Made by a program: the position numbers and the translations under genes. Positions 20,405-30,189 of a stretch of 64,000 nt of DNA are shown here, in pieces; positions within the stretch are counted from its first letter, which is position 1, and each line of letters starts with the position of its first letter. The notes below the pieces were generated by a model, which searched no databases, had not been told where the DNA came from, and saw nothing but the letters and a program-made list of their open reading frames with translations. Source of the stretch: a virus. The DNA is taken from positions 104,689 through 168,688 of the IMG/VR virus record IMGVR_UViG_3300036761_001135, one strand, 5' to 3'.

Positions 20405-21235
20405 ATGGCGTTCGGGTTCATCGGCAAGCTCACTGAAGCAATCATGAACGGGCCGGAGGGCGCGGACAGCGCGAGCATGTCGATCTTGGGGATCGATTCG
20501 ACTGACCCAAAGGGCAGCACGGTGATTTTGCCGGAGCGGACGTTTCAGTTCTGGCCGGAGAGCATCCAAGACAGCATCGAGATCGGGTGGCAGTTCAAGG
20601 ACATTCCGGGCGGCTCGCATGCTCTGGCGCAATGGGGAAGTAACAACGGTCGCACGATCAGCTTTGAGGTACGGTTGCACCGTTTCATGAAGCCGGTGGA
20701 CGACCGCACCATCTTTGAGAAGATTATGGACCCGATTGGGCTGACGACGCCTGGCCAGCAGTATCTGAAGGACATGCGTCCGCACAACGTGGATATCGAA
20801 TCTGAAATCCGCTACCTGAGAGCGTTCTGCTACCCGAGCTACGCTGTGGACAATGTGTCCGGTAGCACGGTTTCGTATTCACCTCCGGTGGCTATGCTGT
20901 GCGTGCCTGGAGTTGGTCTGAACGAGTTGGGAAGCCACACCATCATGGCCGTGATGACGGGCTGTGATGTTACCTACAATCTGTTGTTTCCAAATGGGAA
21001 GCCGCGCAACGCTACGGTAGCGCTCACGTTCAAGCAGATCGTCCAGAAGGCTGATGTTGGCGTGATGTGGAGGGGGATTGGCAAGGACGCGGCCATCAAT
21101 GGGTACAAGCACCGCATTCCAGACATCGGCTACAATGTAAATGCCTACACGGCGGGCAATGCCAAGAGTGCCAAGGAGCCCTGGACGGGCGCTGGAGGCG
21201 TGCTCAACAAGATTGACACGAAGGGGACGACCTGA
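20405..21235 (+). CDS. Contractile-tail tube-related (CIS_tube-like) protein
   Basis: FQFWPESI..PGGSH..QW..GRTISF..PP..L..VT..VTY..F.NG.PR.ATV.LTF. Confidence 0.7.
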   Translation: MAFGFIGKLTEAIMNGPEGADSASMSILGIDSTDPKGSTVILPERTFQFWPESIQDSIEIGWQFKDIPGGSHALAQWGSNNGRTISFEVRLHRFMKPVDDRTIFEKIMDPIGLTTPGQQYLKDMRPHNVDIESEIRYLRAFCYPSYAVDNVSGSTVSYSPPVAMLCVPGVGLNELGSHTIMAVMTGCDVTYNLLFPNGKPRNATVALTFKQIVQKADVGVMWRGIGKDAAINGYKHRIPDIGYNVNAYTAGNAKSAKEPWTGAGGVLNKIDTKGTT

Positions 21236-21480
21236 TGGGCATCAAGGCACAGCCGACGCAGTCTACCCACGCGAACTCGGGTTCGTCTATGCCTCCAATA
21301 TCGCCGGACGCGCATGCGCTCACGATGGAGGACGCGCTGGTCATGGTGATCTTCCCGCAGGCGACGTGGGATGCTGTTTTGCAGTTGGCGAAGGAGTTGA
21401 ACGTCGCGCCGGCCGAGGCGTTAGGTGCGGCGATCAAGCTGCTTCGGGCGCGTGTAGACGAGGAGACGAGTCACGGATGA
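21235..21480 (+). CDS. Small hypothetical protein
   Basis: TGATG coupling; the true start may be downstream. Confidence 0.55.
   Translation: MGIKAQPTQSTHANSGSSMPPISPDAHALTMEDALVMVIFPQATWDAVLQLAKELNVAPAEALGAAIKLLRARVDEETSHG
21272..21285. repeat. Dispersed palindrome copy 4
   Basis: CGAACTCGGGTTCG. Confidence 0.8.
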
Positions 21481-21537
21481 TGGTGACGCACCGCTGGACC
21501 GTGACCAGGCGTCGCGGTCGGGCAGGAAGAGGGCCGC

Positions 21538-21957
21538 GTGGTTGCAGTTGCTCGCTTTGGGTTTGGCGCTAGCTCCGAGACCGTTCATGTGGCGTGTCTC
21601 TCGACCGACGCTGTGGGGGACGTGGTGGCGCTACGGGACACGGCGACGGTGACGGGGCGCTGGCGTGTGCAGCGGGCGGATCCGATGGACAACAATCGCA
21701 TGCCGGGGATCGGCGTGCTTCTGCGCAAGGTGACGCCTACGACGGGGATCATGCAAAGGGTGGGTCATATTCGGGGTATCTATTCGGGGCTGGTCGCGCC
21801 GCGTCCGGTCTGGGTGGGGGTCGATGGGAGACCGACACAGACGATTCCGGCACCGACAGGGGGGCCTGTGATCATCCAGCGTTTGGGCCTGCCCGTGGAC
21901 GGAGATGTGCTATTCTTGACGGGAGAAGTTGGGCAGTTGACGCAGAGGATTCCGTAG
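21538..21957 (+). CDS. Virion decoration/cement-like protein
   Basis: GDVV..RAD..P.IGV..G.IRG..GL..VWVG.DG pattern, similar to the C-terminus of 22632-24038. Confidence 0.55.
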   Translation: MVAVARFGFGASSETVHVACLSTDAVGDVVALRDTATVTGRWRVQRADPMDNNRMPGIGVLLRKVTPTTGIMQRVGHIRGIYSGLVAPRPVWVGVDGRPTQTIPAPTGGPVIIQRLGLPVDGDVLFLTGEVGQLTQRIP

Positions 21958-22058
21958 GTGGAGACAGGCGTGCAGGCGATGGTTTCAGTTCATTTGTCGC
22001 GTCGTTGTATATGTTGATTGGCACTGGACATGGCGGTATTATTAAACGCGGGTGTTGA

Positions 22059-22592
22059 GTGCTGAGTAAAAAGCTGATGGAGGAAGCGATGCAGAAGAAG
22101 GAAAAGTTAGCGAAGCTGAGCAAGCGGGTGAAGTTATTCCCGACGGTTGACCATGCGAAGACCGATGCGGATCTGGTCGGGCGGGTGAGTGATGTGCTGC
22201 CCGTGCTGGAGCCCACGTTGCCACCGGACGCGGCTGATTTCCCGCCGATAGCGGGTGGGATCGTGGACCATTTGCGTGTGTTGCGTCTGGCCTATGCCCA
22301 GATGGTCGTGGAGAAGTTGCAGTCGCAGCAGACCGCGTACACGCTTTCTTTTGACAGCCAGATCCGGGAGCTGACGCAGCGGAGGACGACGACTTTGATG
22401 CAGTTGATGCAGGAGTTGGCGCGGGCGAAAGAGACGTATCTGGGCGTCCAGCGTGAGATCGAGGGCTTCCATGGGATCGTGTTGGCCGAGTACACGTTCA
22501 ACCCCGATGTTGGGACGTTGAACAGGATCGTGGATCCGTCAAAGAACATGGACGGGGCGTCTGCGGTGACGCAGGCAGAGCACTCGTCGTAG
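22059..22592 (+). CDS. Hypothetical coiled-coil protein
   Basis: 177 aa helical ORF. Confidence 0.65.
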   Translation: MLSKKLMEEAMQKKEKLAKLSKRVKLFPTVDHAKTDADLVGRVSDVLPVLEPTLPPDAADFPPIAGGIVDHLRVLRLAYAQMVVEKLQSQQTAYTLSFDSQIRELTQRRTTTLMQLMQELARAKETYLGVQREIEGFHGIVLAEYTFNPDVGTLNRIVDPSKNMDGASAVTQAEHSS

Positions 22593-22631
22593 AGGCAGCG
22601 CGGCGCGTGTCGCCGTCGGAGGAGTCGCACC

Positions 22632-24038
22632 ATGGCAAACATTTACGTTCTGAAGTTGCACGCGGATGGCTACCCGGCAGAATTGGACCCCGCAGGGGTA
22701 GGGGCCGACATCCTACAACTGCCGAGCACCACGTTCGGTGGGGACATCGATCTGGGTGGCAACGAGGTCAAGAACATCTCGTATCCCACCGAGGGCGATT
22801 CGGCGGTCAACAAGAGCTATGTGGATGCGATTGCCTCGGGCCTCACGCCGCATGAGGCGGTCATCGTCAAGACACCTGCCATCCTGACGGATTACGTGTC
22901 GGGCGGCGGCACGGGCGTGGGGCACACCTTGACCGCGCCGGACTTCACCGTCGCGCACAACACCATCGACAGTTTCCTGCTGACCACGATTGGCCAGCGC
23001 GTGTTGGTGTCGATGCAGGGTGGCGACGATGCGACGGCGCACAAGGACAACGGCGTATACACCGTGTCGGCGTTGGCCAACGGCGTAGACGTGGCCTTCC
23101 AGTTGACCCGCGCCACGGACGCGGATCAGGCGGCGGCGGGCGAGATGGCGACTGGCCTGTACGTGTTCGTCACGGACGGCAGCACGCTGAAGAACACGGG
23201 CTGGACCCTCGTGACGCCAGAACCGATCACGATTGAGACCACCGCGCTGAAGTTCGCGCAGTTCAGCGGCGCACCGGGACTCACCTATGACAAGGGTCTC
23301 CATCGCTCGGTCAACAGCGTCTATGTCGAACTCGACGGCAACGCGGATGCGCAGGGCGCAGGTGCTCCCACGGCCTCACGCAAGTCGGGCTTGGAGTTCG
23401 ATGCGGATACGGCGGCGGGCAAGTTGCGGGTGGCCGTGGCGGCCGCCGGTGGTTTGGAGCGCTACCAGACATCGACCTACGGTCTTGCGATCCTCGTGGA
23501 CAACACGGACAGCGATGCCACGTTGGGGCTCACCTCCGACGGTGTGAAGGTGTTGGGTCTGCCCGCCTCGTTCACCATCGACGGGACAGGCGTAGATCCG
23601 TTGGTCACGGCGGACAACCTGACCGAGTTGGTGGACGGCAGCTCGACCACGCTGCATAGCCATCCGGGCGCGGGCGAGTCCGAGCGCGTGGAGTACGACT
23701 TCGTCGCAGATGGGGCCATCGCCCTGGGAGATCCGGTCTACTTGACCTCCGCTGGCAAGGTGTCCAAGGCGCGGGCCGATACCGATGCCAAGGCGTTCGC
23801 GTGCGGCATTGCGCATCTCGGCGGAGCAGATGGGTTTACCTGTCCCGTCGTGATCGATGGCGTGGCAGCGGCGGTGTTCGGCTCGGATCAGACGATGGGC
23901 GACCGCTGGTACGTCGCGGCCACAGGCGGCTTGACCAAGGTCGTGCCGGGCGCTGGCAAGCACGTCATGCAGATGGGCTTCACCTGTGCGGTGCGCAGTC
24001 TACTTTTGCAGAAGCAATACATCGGCAAGAAGGTATGA
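22632..24038 (+). CDS. Fibre/decoration protein
   Basis: AVNKSYVD, GQRVLV..Q..NGVY, LTRATDAD and FAQFSG fibre motifs; C-terminal GDPVYL..KARAD domain. Confidence 0.75.
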   Translation: MANIYVLKLHADGYPAELDPAGVGADILQLPSTTFGGDIDLGGNEVKNISYPTEGDSAVNKSYVDAIASGLTPHEAVIVKTPAILTDYVSGGGTGVGHTLTAPDFTVAHNTIDSFLLTTIGQRVLVSMQGGDDATAHKDNGVYTVSALANGVDVAFQLTRATDADQAAAGEMATGLYVFVTDGSTLKNTGWTLVTPEPITIETTALKFAQFSGAPGLTYDKGLHRSVNSVYVELDGNADAQGAGAPTASRKSGLEFDADTAAGKLRVAVAAAGGLERYQTSTYGLAILVDNTDSDATLGLTSDGVKVLGLPASFTIDGTGVDPLVTADNLTELVDGSSTTLHSHPGAGESERVEYDFVADGAIALGDPVYLTSAGKVSKARADTDAKAFACGIAHLGGADGFTCPVVIDGVAAAVFGSDQTMGDRWYVAATGGLTKVVPGAGKHVMQMGFTCAVRSLLLQKQYIGKKV

Positions 24039-24054
24039 TTCAGCATAGTTACGC

Positions 24055-24206
24055 ATGACAGGAAAGCGTAACCAACTCAGTACATCCGCACGTTGATGGC
24101 GCAGGGCACGCATTCCGCGAGCGACCTGGCAAAGATATTCTGTGTCTCGCCGATGACTGTGTATAATGTCCTCCAGCGGCGAACGCATGCGCACGTCACC
24201 GACTAG
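24055..24206 (+). pseudogene. Frameshifted HTH remnant (resembles the C-terminal HTH of HNH homing endonucleases)
   Basis: 24078-24206 reads QYIRTLMAQGTHSASDLAKIFCVSPMTVYNVLQRRTHAHVTD; an in-frame TAA lies upstream and the ATG at 24055 is in another frame. Confidence 0.5.
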
Positions 24207-24214
24207 GAGGCATC

Positions 24215-24556
24215 GTGGCCAAGGATCGCGTCCAGCCTCTCAAGCTTGAAGATCCCGAAACCGGGGGCGTCGAGACGGACTTTGGGCCGACCTCGACGGA
24301 CCCGAGCGAGGATTACCTTGACGCGCACGGGCTCACCATCCAGAGCACGACGTCCGACGATGAGGACGTGTGGATAGGGCGGGACGACGCGACCGACGAC
24401 ATGGTTTTCACGGACAAGGTGGCGGGGGGACCGTACACGCTGACCCAGTTGTTGGAGGGGGAGAACACGTTTGATCCGGGCATCTTGATCATTACGACAT
24501 GGGGCGGACTGGTGTACAACAATCAAGGCCGGTTCATCGTGAAGAAGGAGCCATAA
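24215..24556 (+). CDS. Acidic virion-associated hypothetical protein
   Basis: AGGAGG RBS, GTG start, 113 aa. Confidence 0.75.
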   Translation: MAKDRVQPLKLEDPETGGVETDFGPTSTDPSEDYLDAHGLTIQSTTSDDEDVWIGRDDATDDMVFTDKVAGGPYTLTQLLEGENTFDPGILIITTWGGLVYNNQGRFIVKKEP

Positions 24557-25077
24557 TGCCCAGCACCTCGCTCCATAAAGACCTCATCCCAGAACAGATC
24601 CACGCGCCGTTGTCGTTTTCGTACACGGACTCGGCCACGCGGGAGGGTGCGACGGGCCTGTTGCCGATAGACGTGGGGAAATTCGCTCGCCAGCTCGATG
24701 ACAACTCGGTGTGGATGCTGGTGGACGACAGCCCGGTGACGTGGGCGACGGTAAGTGGCCAGGGGATCACGACGGACCAGCACAAGGCGTTGAGGCACCT
24801 GATACATTTTATCGATCATGGCCCAGCCGACGGCTTCGCCAGCGGGGCATACCGAGAGATGACGGGGACGGTGTTTCCGACGGCGATCATTTGGTATGAT
24901 CAGGCCGGGGTGGGGAAGAAGAAAATCGTCGAGAAGCTGACAACGTGGACCGGGGTGAACCCGACGACGATCACCTGGAAGATGTACGATGCCAGCGAGA
25001 CCTTGTTGGTGACCTTGACAGACACGGTTGTCTACAGCGGTGTGTTCGAGACCTCTCGAACTCGCGCCATCAGTTGA
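24556..25077 (+). CDS. Virion-associated hypothetical protein
   Basis: TAATG coupling, AAGGAG RBS. Confidence 0.75.
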   Translation: MPSTSLHKDLIPEQIHAPLSFSYTDSATREGATGLLPIDVGKFARQLDDNSVWMLVDDSPVTWATVSGQGITTDQHKALRHLIHFIDHGPADGFASGAYREMTGTVFPTAIIWYDQAGVGKKKIVEKLTTWTGVNPTTITWKMYDASETLLVTLTDTVVYSGVFETSRTRAIS

Positions 25078-25087
25078 GAGGGAGAAC

Positions 25088-26428
25088 ATGGGCGACTCAC
25101 CAGCTTCCATTTTACACAACACGTCGGGAACCGAGATTGCAACGGCGTCCAATCCCGTGCGCGTGGACCCGACCGGGACCACGACGCAGCCGGTATCGGC
25201 CACGGCGCTGCCCTTGCCCACTGGAGCCTCGACTTCGGCGAAGCAGCCCGCGTTGGGGACGGCGGGATCGCCTTCGGCAGATGTGATTTCGGTCCAGGGC
25301 GTGTCTGGTGGGACGCCACAGCCGGTGTCCGATGGAGGGAGTTCGATCACCGTCGATGGGACCGTGACGGCGAACGCAGGCACGGGGCCGTTCCCGGTGA
25401 GCGACAACGGCGGGAGTCTCACGATTGATGGATCGGTGACGGCGAACATCGGCACGTCAGGATCGCTCGCGCTTGATGCCACGCTCACGGGCGGCACGCA
25501 GAAGGCTATCGTGCGGGGCGGGGCCAAGGGGGCAACGTCGGCAGCGGACGTGACCTCGACGGCGGAGGGCACCGACCACCAGGCGTTGGATGTGCAGATC
25601 ATGCACGGGGGCGCGGCGAAAGATCCCACGCAGATCCGGGCGCTCACGGCGTCGGACATCGTGACAGCGGCGCAGGGGACGGCGGCGGCATCGTCTGGAG
25701 CCTGGCCTGCCAAGGTCACTGATGGCACCAACGTGGCAGCGGTCAAGGCGGCTTCGACGGCGGCGGTGGCGGCGGACCCCGCGTTGGTCGTAGCCATCTC
25801 GCCGAACAATACCCCGGTGTTGCCGAGTGGGGCCGCGACGTCGGCGCTTCAGACGACGGGCAACACGTCGGTGGGGAACATTGATACGAAGACGCCAACG
25901 TTGGGGCAGAAAGCCATGGCGGGGTCGACTCCGGTCGTGTTGGCGTCGGATCAGAGTGCGGTGCCAGTGGCGGATGGCGGGGGGTCGTTGACCATCGACG
26001 CTACAGCGTTGCCCCTCCCGACGGGCGCGTCTACTGAGACGACGCTCTCTGCGGTGTCTACGAAGCTGCCTGCGACGTTGGGGCAGAAGGCCATGGCGGC
26101 GAGTCTCGCGGTGACGTTGGCCTCGGACCAGAGCGTGATCGCCATGCGGGATGCTCCAGCGACGGCGGCGACGGTGGCGAGCGTAGCGGCGGCGGTGGCC
26201 GATACGACGTTGCTGGCTGCGAATGCGTCGCGCATGGGCGCGTCCGTGTTCAACGCGAGCACGGCCATCCTGTACCTAAAGTTGGGTACAGGGGCGAGCG
26301 CGGCCTCCTACACGGTGCGCATGACGCCCAACGCCTATTACGAGATTCCTTTCGGGTACAGCGGGCAGATCAACGGGTACTGGGCAGCGGCGAACGGGGC
26401 GGCACTGGTGACGCAGGTGACGCAGTAG
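25088..26428 (+). CDS. Ala/Thr/Gly-rich fibre-like protein with internal repeats
   Basis: Repeats of PVSDGGGSLTID, LPLPTGAST and LGQKAMA.S..V.LASDQS. Confidence 0.75.
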   Translation: MGDSPASILHNTSGTEIATASNPVRVDPTGTTTQPVSATALPLPTGASTSAKQPALGTAGSPSADVISVQGVSGGTPQPVSDGGSSITVDGTVTANAGTGPFPVSDNGGSLTIDGSVTANIGTSGSLALDATLTGGTQKAIVRGGAKGATSAADVTSTAEGTDHQALDVQIMHGGAAKDPTQIRALTASDIVTAAQGTAAASSGAWPAKVTDGTNVAAVKAASTAAVAADPALVVAISPNNTPVLPSGAATSALQTTGNTSVGNIDTKTPTLGQKAMAGSTPVVLASDQSAVPVADGGGSLTIDATALPLPTGASTETTLSAVSTKLPATLGQKAMAASLAVTLASDQSVIAMRDAPATAATVASVAAAVADTTLLAANASRMGASVFNASTAILYLKLGTGASAASYTVRMTPNAYYEIPFGYSGQINGYWAAANGAALVTQVTQ

Positions 26429-26863
26429 ATGGGGCTGTATCTCCCATATCCCGAGGTTGGCGGGATCATACAGACGGCCTCGGCGCGGTTGACGGCGAAC
26501 ACCACGACGACCTCCATCACCTATGTGGATCTGTTGACCTGTGCGATCACGACGGGGGGCAGCTCGCGGTTGGAGGTGTACGCGAGTTTTGCGACGAGCA
26601 ATGCGGTGGACCGTGCCGGGACGGAGCAGGACTACTTCCAGATCACGGTGGATGGGACGGTGTTGGCCCAGGGCGGGAGCGAGCAGTGGACGGTGACGGA
26701 GAGCGGGGCATTGTTCGCGGTGTCCGGTGTGTTGGCGGCGGGGGCCAAGACGGTGCGGCTCCAGTGGCGGACCACGACAGGGGGGACGTTGCGCTGTGCG
26801 GGTGGCACCATACTGACCCAGCCCGAACATGCGTCGCTCGTGGTCATCGAGACGAAGGGTTGA
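26429..26863 (+). CDS. Beta-sandwich virion protein, paralogue 1 of 3
   Basis: Shared VDG.V..G.E..SG..L.AG..TV..W..G.TLRC..ET pattern. Confidence 0.75.
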   Translation: MGLYLPYPEVGGIIQTASARLTANTTTTSITYVDLLTCAITTGGSSRLEVYASFATSNAVDRAGTEQDYFQITVDGTVLAQGGSEQWTVTESGALFAVSGVLAAGAKTVRLQWRTTTGGTLRCAGGTILTQPEHASLVVIETKG

Positions 26864-26868
26864 TGTAG

Positions 26869-27279
26869 ATGCCACTCTTCCCAGACCTTCCGGTATTGAT
26901 CACGAAGACGGCGTTTACGGCGTTGGAGGTGGATCGAACGACCACGGCGACCAGTTACGAGAACCTGTTGACGCAGGAGATCCTGACGCAGGAGGGCAGC
27001 TTTCTGGTGATTCGCGCCTCGTTCTCGACCTCGGACAGCGCGTCGTTGTCTTCGCAAAACTCTTTCCGCGTTACGGTAGACGGAAACACGGTCGCTCTTG
27101 GGGGGGCTGAGATATTTACGTGCATCCAGTCGGGGTCGATTTGCACGCTAGTGGGTCCGTTGACGGCGGGACCGCATACCGTGAATCTGGACTGGCAGAC
27201 GGCGGCGGGGAACACGTTACGGTGTCGCCCGGTGACGCAGGATGAGCAGGCGTCGTTGCTGACGACTGAGGAGACGTGA
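26869..27279 (+). CDS. Beta-sandwich virion protein, paralogue 2 of 3
   Basis: Same pattern as 26429-26863. Confidence 0.75.
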   Translation: MPLFPDLPVLITKTAFTALEVDRTTTATSYENLLTQEILTQEGSFLVIRASFSTSDSASLSSQNSFRVTVDGNTVALGGAEIFTCIQSGSICTLVGPLTAGPHTVNLDWQTAAGNTLRCRPVTQDEQASLLTTEET

Positions 27280-27280
27280 G

Positions 27281-27706
27281 ATGCCGCTGACCAATGCGAA
27301 GGTGGTAGATCCCAACGTGGTGCAGACGGTGAGTGCCGTGTTGGATGTCGATAAGACCATCGCCTCGACCACGTATGGGGTGGTGCTCTCGCTGAGCGTG
27401 ACGACGTTGGCCAGTTCGAACCTGTTGATCTGGGTGAGTTACTGCATGACGTTCACGCCGAGCGTGACCAACGAGTACCGCTTGCAGTTGCGGGTGGACG
27501 GGACGGTGGTGTTGTTCTCCGGGGAAGAAGAGTTCGGCATTGCGCAGACCGGGTCCATGGTGCATCGGGCGGTCGCGCTGACAGCCGGAGCGCATACCGT
27601 GGACGTGCGGTGGCGCATTGGGGCGGCGGGGGAGGGCACGTTGCGGTGTCGCCCGTCGGTGCCGCCCGAGGGGATTTCCATCATTGCCATGGAGACGCTA
27701 GTCTAG
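27281..27706 (+). CDS. Beta-sandwich virion protein, paralogue 3 of 3
   Basis: Same pattern; GAGGAG RBS. Confidence 0.75.
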   Translation: MPLTNAKVVDPNVVQTVSAVLDVDKTIASTTYGVVLSLSVTTLASSNLLIWVSYCMTFTPSVTNEYRLQLRVDGTVVLFSGEEEFGIAQTGSMVHRAVALTAGAHTVDVRWRIGAAGEGTLRCRPSVPPEGISIIAMETLV

Positions 27707-27717
27707 GAGGAGTACCG

Positions 27718-28665
27718 ATGACCAGTTATGTGTTTTCCATTCACGACGATTTTCCGAACCACGCCTTAGCCTCCGACCGGCTCACCATCGAGATTGGGGA
27801 GAGCGCCATTGTCACCGCGCTGGACGGCATCAGCACGTCCGGGGACGTCTGCGACATCGTGTTCAAGGCGGCGCTCTCCGAGGGGGACGAGGCGCTGCTG
27901 GAGGGGCTGGTAGCCGCGCACAGCGGGTTGCCGCTGCCCCAAGTGACCGAGGTGCGCACGACGGACGGGAAGTTGTACGTGTCGCCCGACATGTGGCCGC
28001 TAGGGACGCTGACCAACTTCACGGGAGCCGCCGACGATGTGACCAACGGCGTCGTGGGCACGGATCTGCTGGCGTTTTCCTCGACAGCCGTGGAGGACAA
28101 CGTCAAGGCGTTTCAGTTCATCCTGCCCAGCTACCTGGCCGGGGGGCATCTCCAGTACCAGGGGGCGGTGTTTGGCGACTGGATCGACTTCACGAGCGTC
28201 GTACCAGCGACGGCAGGCGTGTCGAATCCGGGGGCAGGAAATTTCAATAAGGTGCAGGTGGGCGCAGGGGCAAACGTCTTTGTGCCTTCGGTGCCAGGGT
28301 CGGGAAATTGGGATCTCGATCTTACCGCCAAGGAGAACGCCAACGTCACCTTTACCAAGGTCAGGCCGGTTCCCGCGCCCGGCATGAACGGATACTTCGA
28401 CCACAGCATCGAGACTGGAGCGGTGGTTCTCAACGCGACTGGGCATGGAGGGTATCACCTGTGCGATTACGAGGTGACGCTGGCTCGGTTCATTACGCGG
28501 GTGTCGATCATGGGGAGCGACCACTTCCCGTTGACGGTGCCAGCGGTGCGCCCGATCCTGATCCTGCCGCACTGGTTGCACCGCGTGACCGTGCATAATT
28601 CGACGACCAAGACGCTGCATCTGGTCGCCATGCTCTACCGAGGGTTGGTCAATCCGTTGAGGTGA
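27718..28665 (+). CDS. Virion-associated hypothetical protein
   Basis: AGGAGG RBS before ATG 27718. Confidence 0.75.
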   Translation: MTSYVFSIHDDFPNHALASDRLTIEIGESAIVTALDGISTSGDVCDIVFKAALSEGDEALLEGLVAAHSGLPLPQVTEVRTTDGKLYVSPDMWPLGTLTNFTGAADDVTNGVVGTDLLAFSSTAVEDNVKAFQFILPSYLAGGHLQYQGAVFGDWIDFTSVVPATAGVSNPGAGNFNKVQVGAGANVFVPSVPGSGNWDLDLTAKENANVTFTKVRPVPAPGMNGYFDHSIETGAVVLNATGHGGYHLCDYEVTLARFITRVSIMGSDHFPLTVPAVRPILILPHWLHRVTVHNSTTKTLHLVAMLYRGLVNPLR

Positions 28666-29198
28666 GCATGGACGACGTGCGCATCATTTTGTCGGCCTCC
28701 AGAACGCCTCTTGGATCATTGATCCGGTGGTGTACTAAGAGCCAGGTCTCGCACTGCATGGTGGAGTTCCCGGTCTGGGGACGGAGCATGGTAGCCGAGT
28801 CTCGGGTGGGTGGAGTGCGGATTGTGCCATCGACGAAAGCGCGGCATCATGTGGTGGTTGAATATCGCTGTTGCTTTCCCTCTCGTACCGGGCTGGCGGC
28901 GATCTCGGACGAGGCTGGGGAGAAGTACGACTACGGCGGGTTGTTCGTGATCGGTTGGGCGATCATTGCTGCGAAATGGCTGCGGATTTCTGTGAAGCGG
29001 TGGCGTTGGAAGTCGGAATCAATCAAGTGCTCGGAGCTGGTCGTGATCTTCTTGCGGGCGTCGGGTGTGAAAGGGGCGGAGTTGCTTCCCATGGAGCTGA
29101 CGACCCCGGAGGACATCCGTAGTTTTTGCCAAGAACAGAAGGCGTATTTCGAGGAGGTCATCAAGGGGAACGCTGCCAAATCCGGGCTCATACCCTGA
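28662..29198 (+). CDS. Permuted papain-like (NlpC/P60, YiiX-type) amidase
   Basis: SH near the N-terminus, YDY in the middle, CSELV near the C-terminus (His-before-Cys order). Confidence 0.75.
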   Translation: MSMDDVRIILSASRTPLGSLIRWCTKSQVSHCMVEFPVWGRSMVAESRVGGVRIVPSTKARHHVVVEYRCCFPSRTGLAAISDEAGEKYDYGGLFVIGWAIIAAKWLRISVKRWRWKSESIKCSELVVIFLRASGVKGAELLPMELTTPEDIRSFCQEQKAYFEEVIKGNAAKSGLIP

Positions 29199-29200
29199 CG

Positions 29201-29214
29201 CGAACCTGGGTTCG
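29201..29214. repeat. Dispersed palindrome copy 5
   Basis: CGAACCTGGGTTCG just after a stop codon. Confidence 0.9.
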
Positions 29215-29622
29215 CCTGGTATCGCTGAAGCCTCGAAAACGGAATAGTTATTGGATATTCGTCTGGCATTATTCAAAATCTCGGGGTCAAAAAAAACAGC
29301 CTGGATATATATGCGAAATCATAAGTCCGCGCAAAGCGTGTCATAAAGTGCATAACTTATGCGTGCGGTTTGCACGGGATCGCGGGTGTGATAGAAGGGG
29401 ATTAGCCCACGCTGCCATCGTCTTGACCCTCCCCGTTTGGTTGGTGGCAGCGTGGGGTGTCATCCTTGCCGCTCTAGATCTGGCGTGATACCATCAAAAC
29501 CATGGTAGATTGCGTCCATGCCATCTCGCGGGAGTGCGCCGATTTTGGCATGGCGATGATCGATCCTGCGGGAAAGACCACATGGAGCCGGTATTTTGTG
29601 GACGTATACCGCGAACCAGATC

Positions 29623-30189
29623 ATGAGATCTGAGAATCCCGTTCCATATCTGCGCTGGCCGGATGTGCGCATTGTTTTTGTGAGTACGTCGGGGGTTTTC
29701 GCGTCGATAACGCGATGGGCAGCGAGTAGCCCGGTAAACCATGTCTATCTGGAGGTGCCTGTTTGGGGGCGGCGCATGGTATGCGATGCGACGATGAGGC
29801 ATGGCGTGCGGTTGCTTCCACATGCCCCGTTGGGAGTACGTGTCGTTGCCACATATCGCTGTCATTTTGATACCACCCCTGGAATCTACCTATTGATGGA
29901 TCAATTGGGGCGTCCTTACGAAAACTGCGGCAGGTTTGGAACCGCGTGGATGCGTTTGGCATGGAGGTGGCTCAGGCTAAAGATGAAGAACTGGCGTTGG
30001 AATACGAGTGCGATTAAGAGTTCCGAATTGTCGGTGTTATTCATCAAGGCATGTGATGTTCGATCCACGAGTCTCGTTCCAGATCGCACGGATTTAGTGG
30101 ATATGTTAGGTTGGTGTCAGGCTCGGCCTGGATGGTTCGAGCGGGTTCAGGGAGCGCCGCCCCATTTGGCGCAGCGGGAGCGACGATGA
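29623..30189 (+). CDS. Permuted papain-like paralogue with catalytic Cys replaced by Ser
   Basis: Aligns to 28662-29198 (E.PVWGR.MV, WRW...IK.SEL) but has SSELS instead of CSELV; start is uncertain. Confidence 0.7.
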   Translation: MRSENPVPYLRWPDVRIVFVSTSGVFASITRWAASSPVNHVYLEVPVWGRRMVCDATMRHGVRLLPHAPLGVRVVATYRCHFDTTPGIYLLMDQLGRPYENCGRFGTAWMRLAWRWLRLKMKNWRWNTSAIKSSELSVLFIKACDVRSTSLVPDRTDLVDMLGWCQARPGWFERVQGAPPHLAQRERR

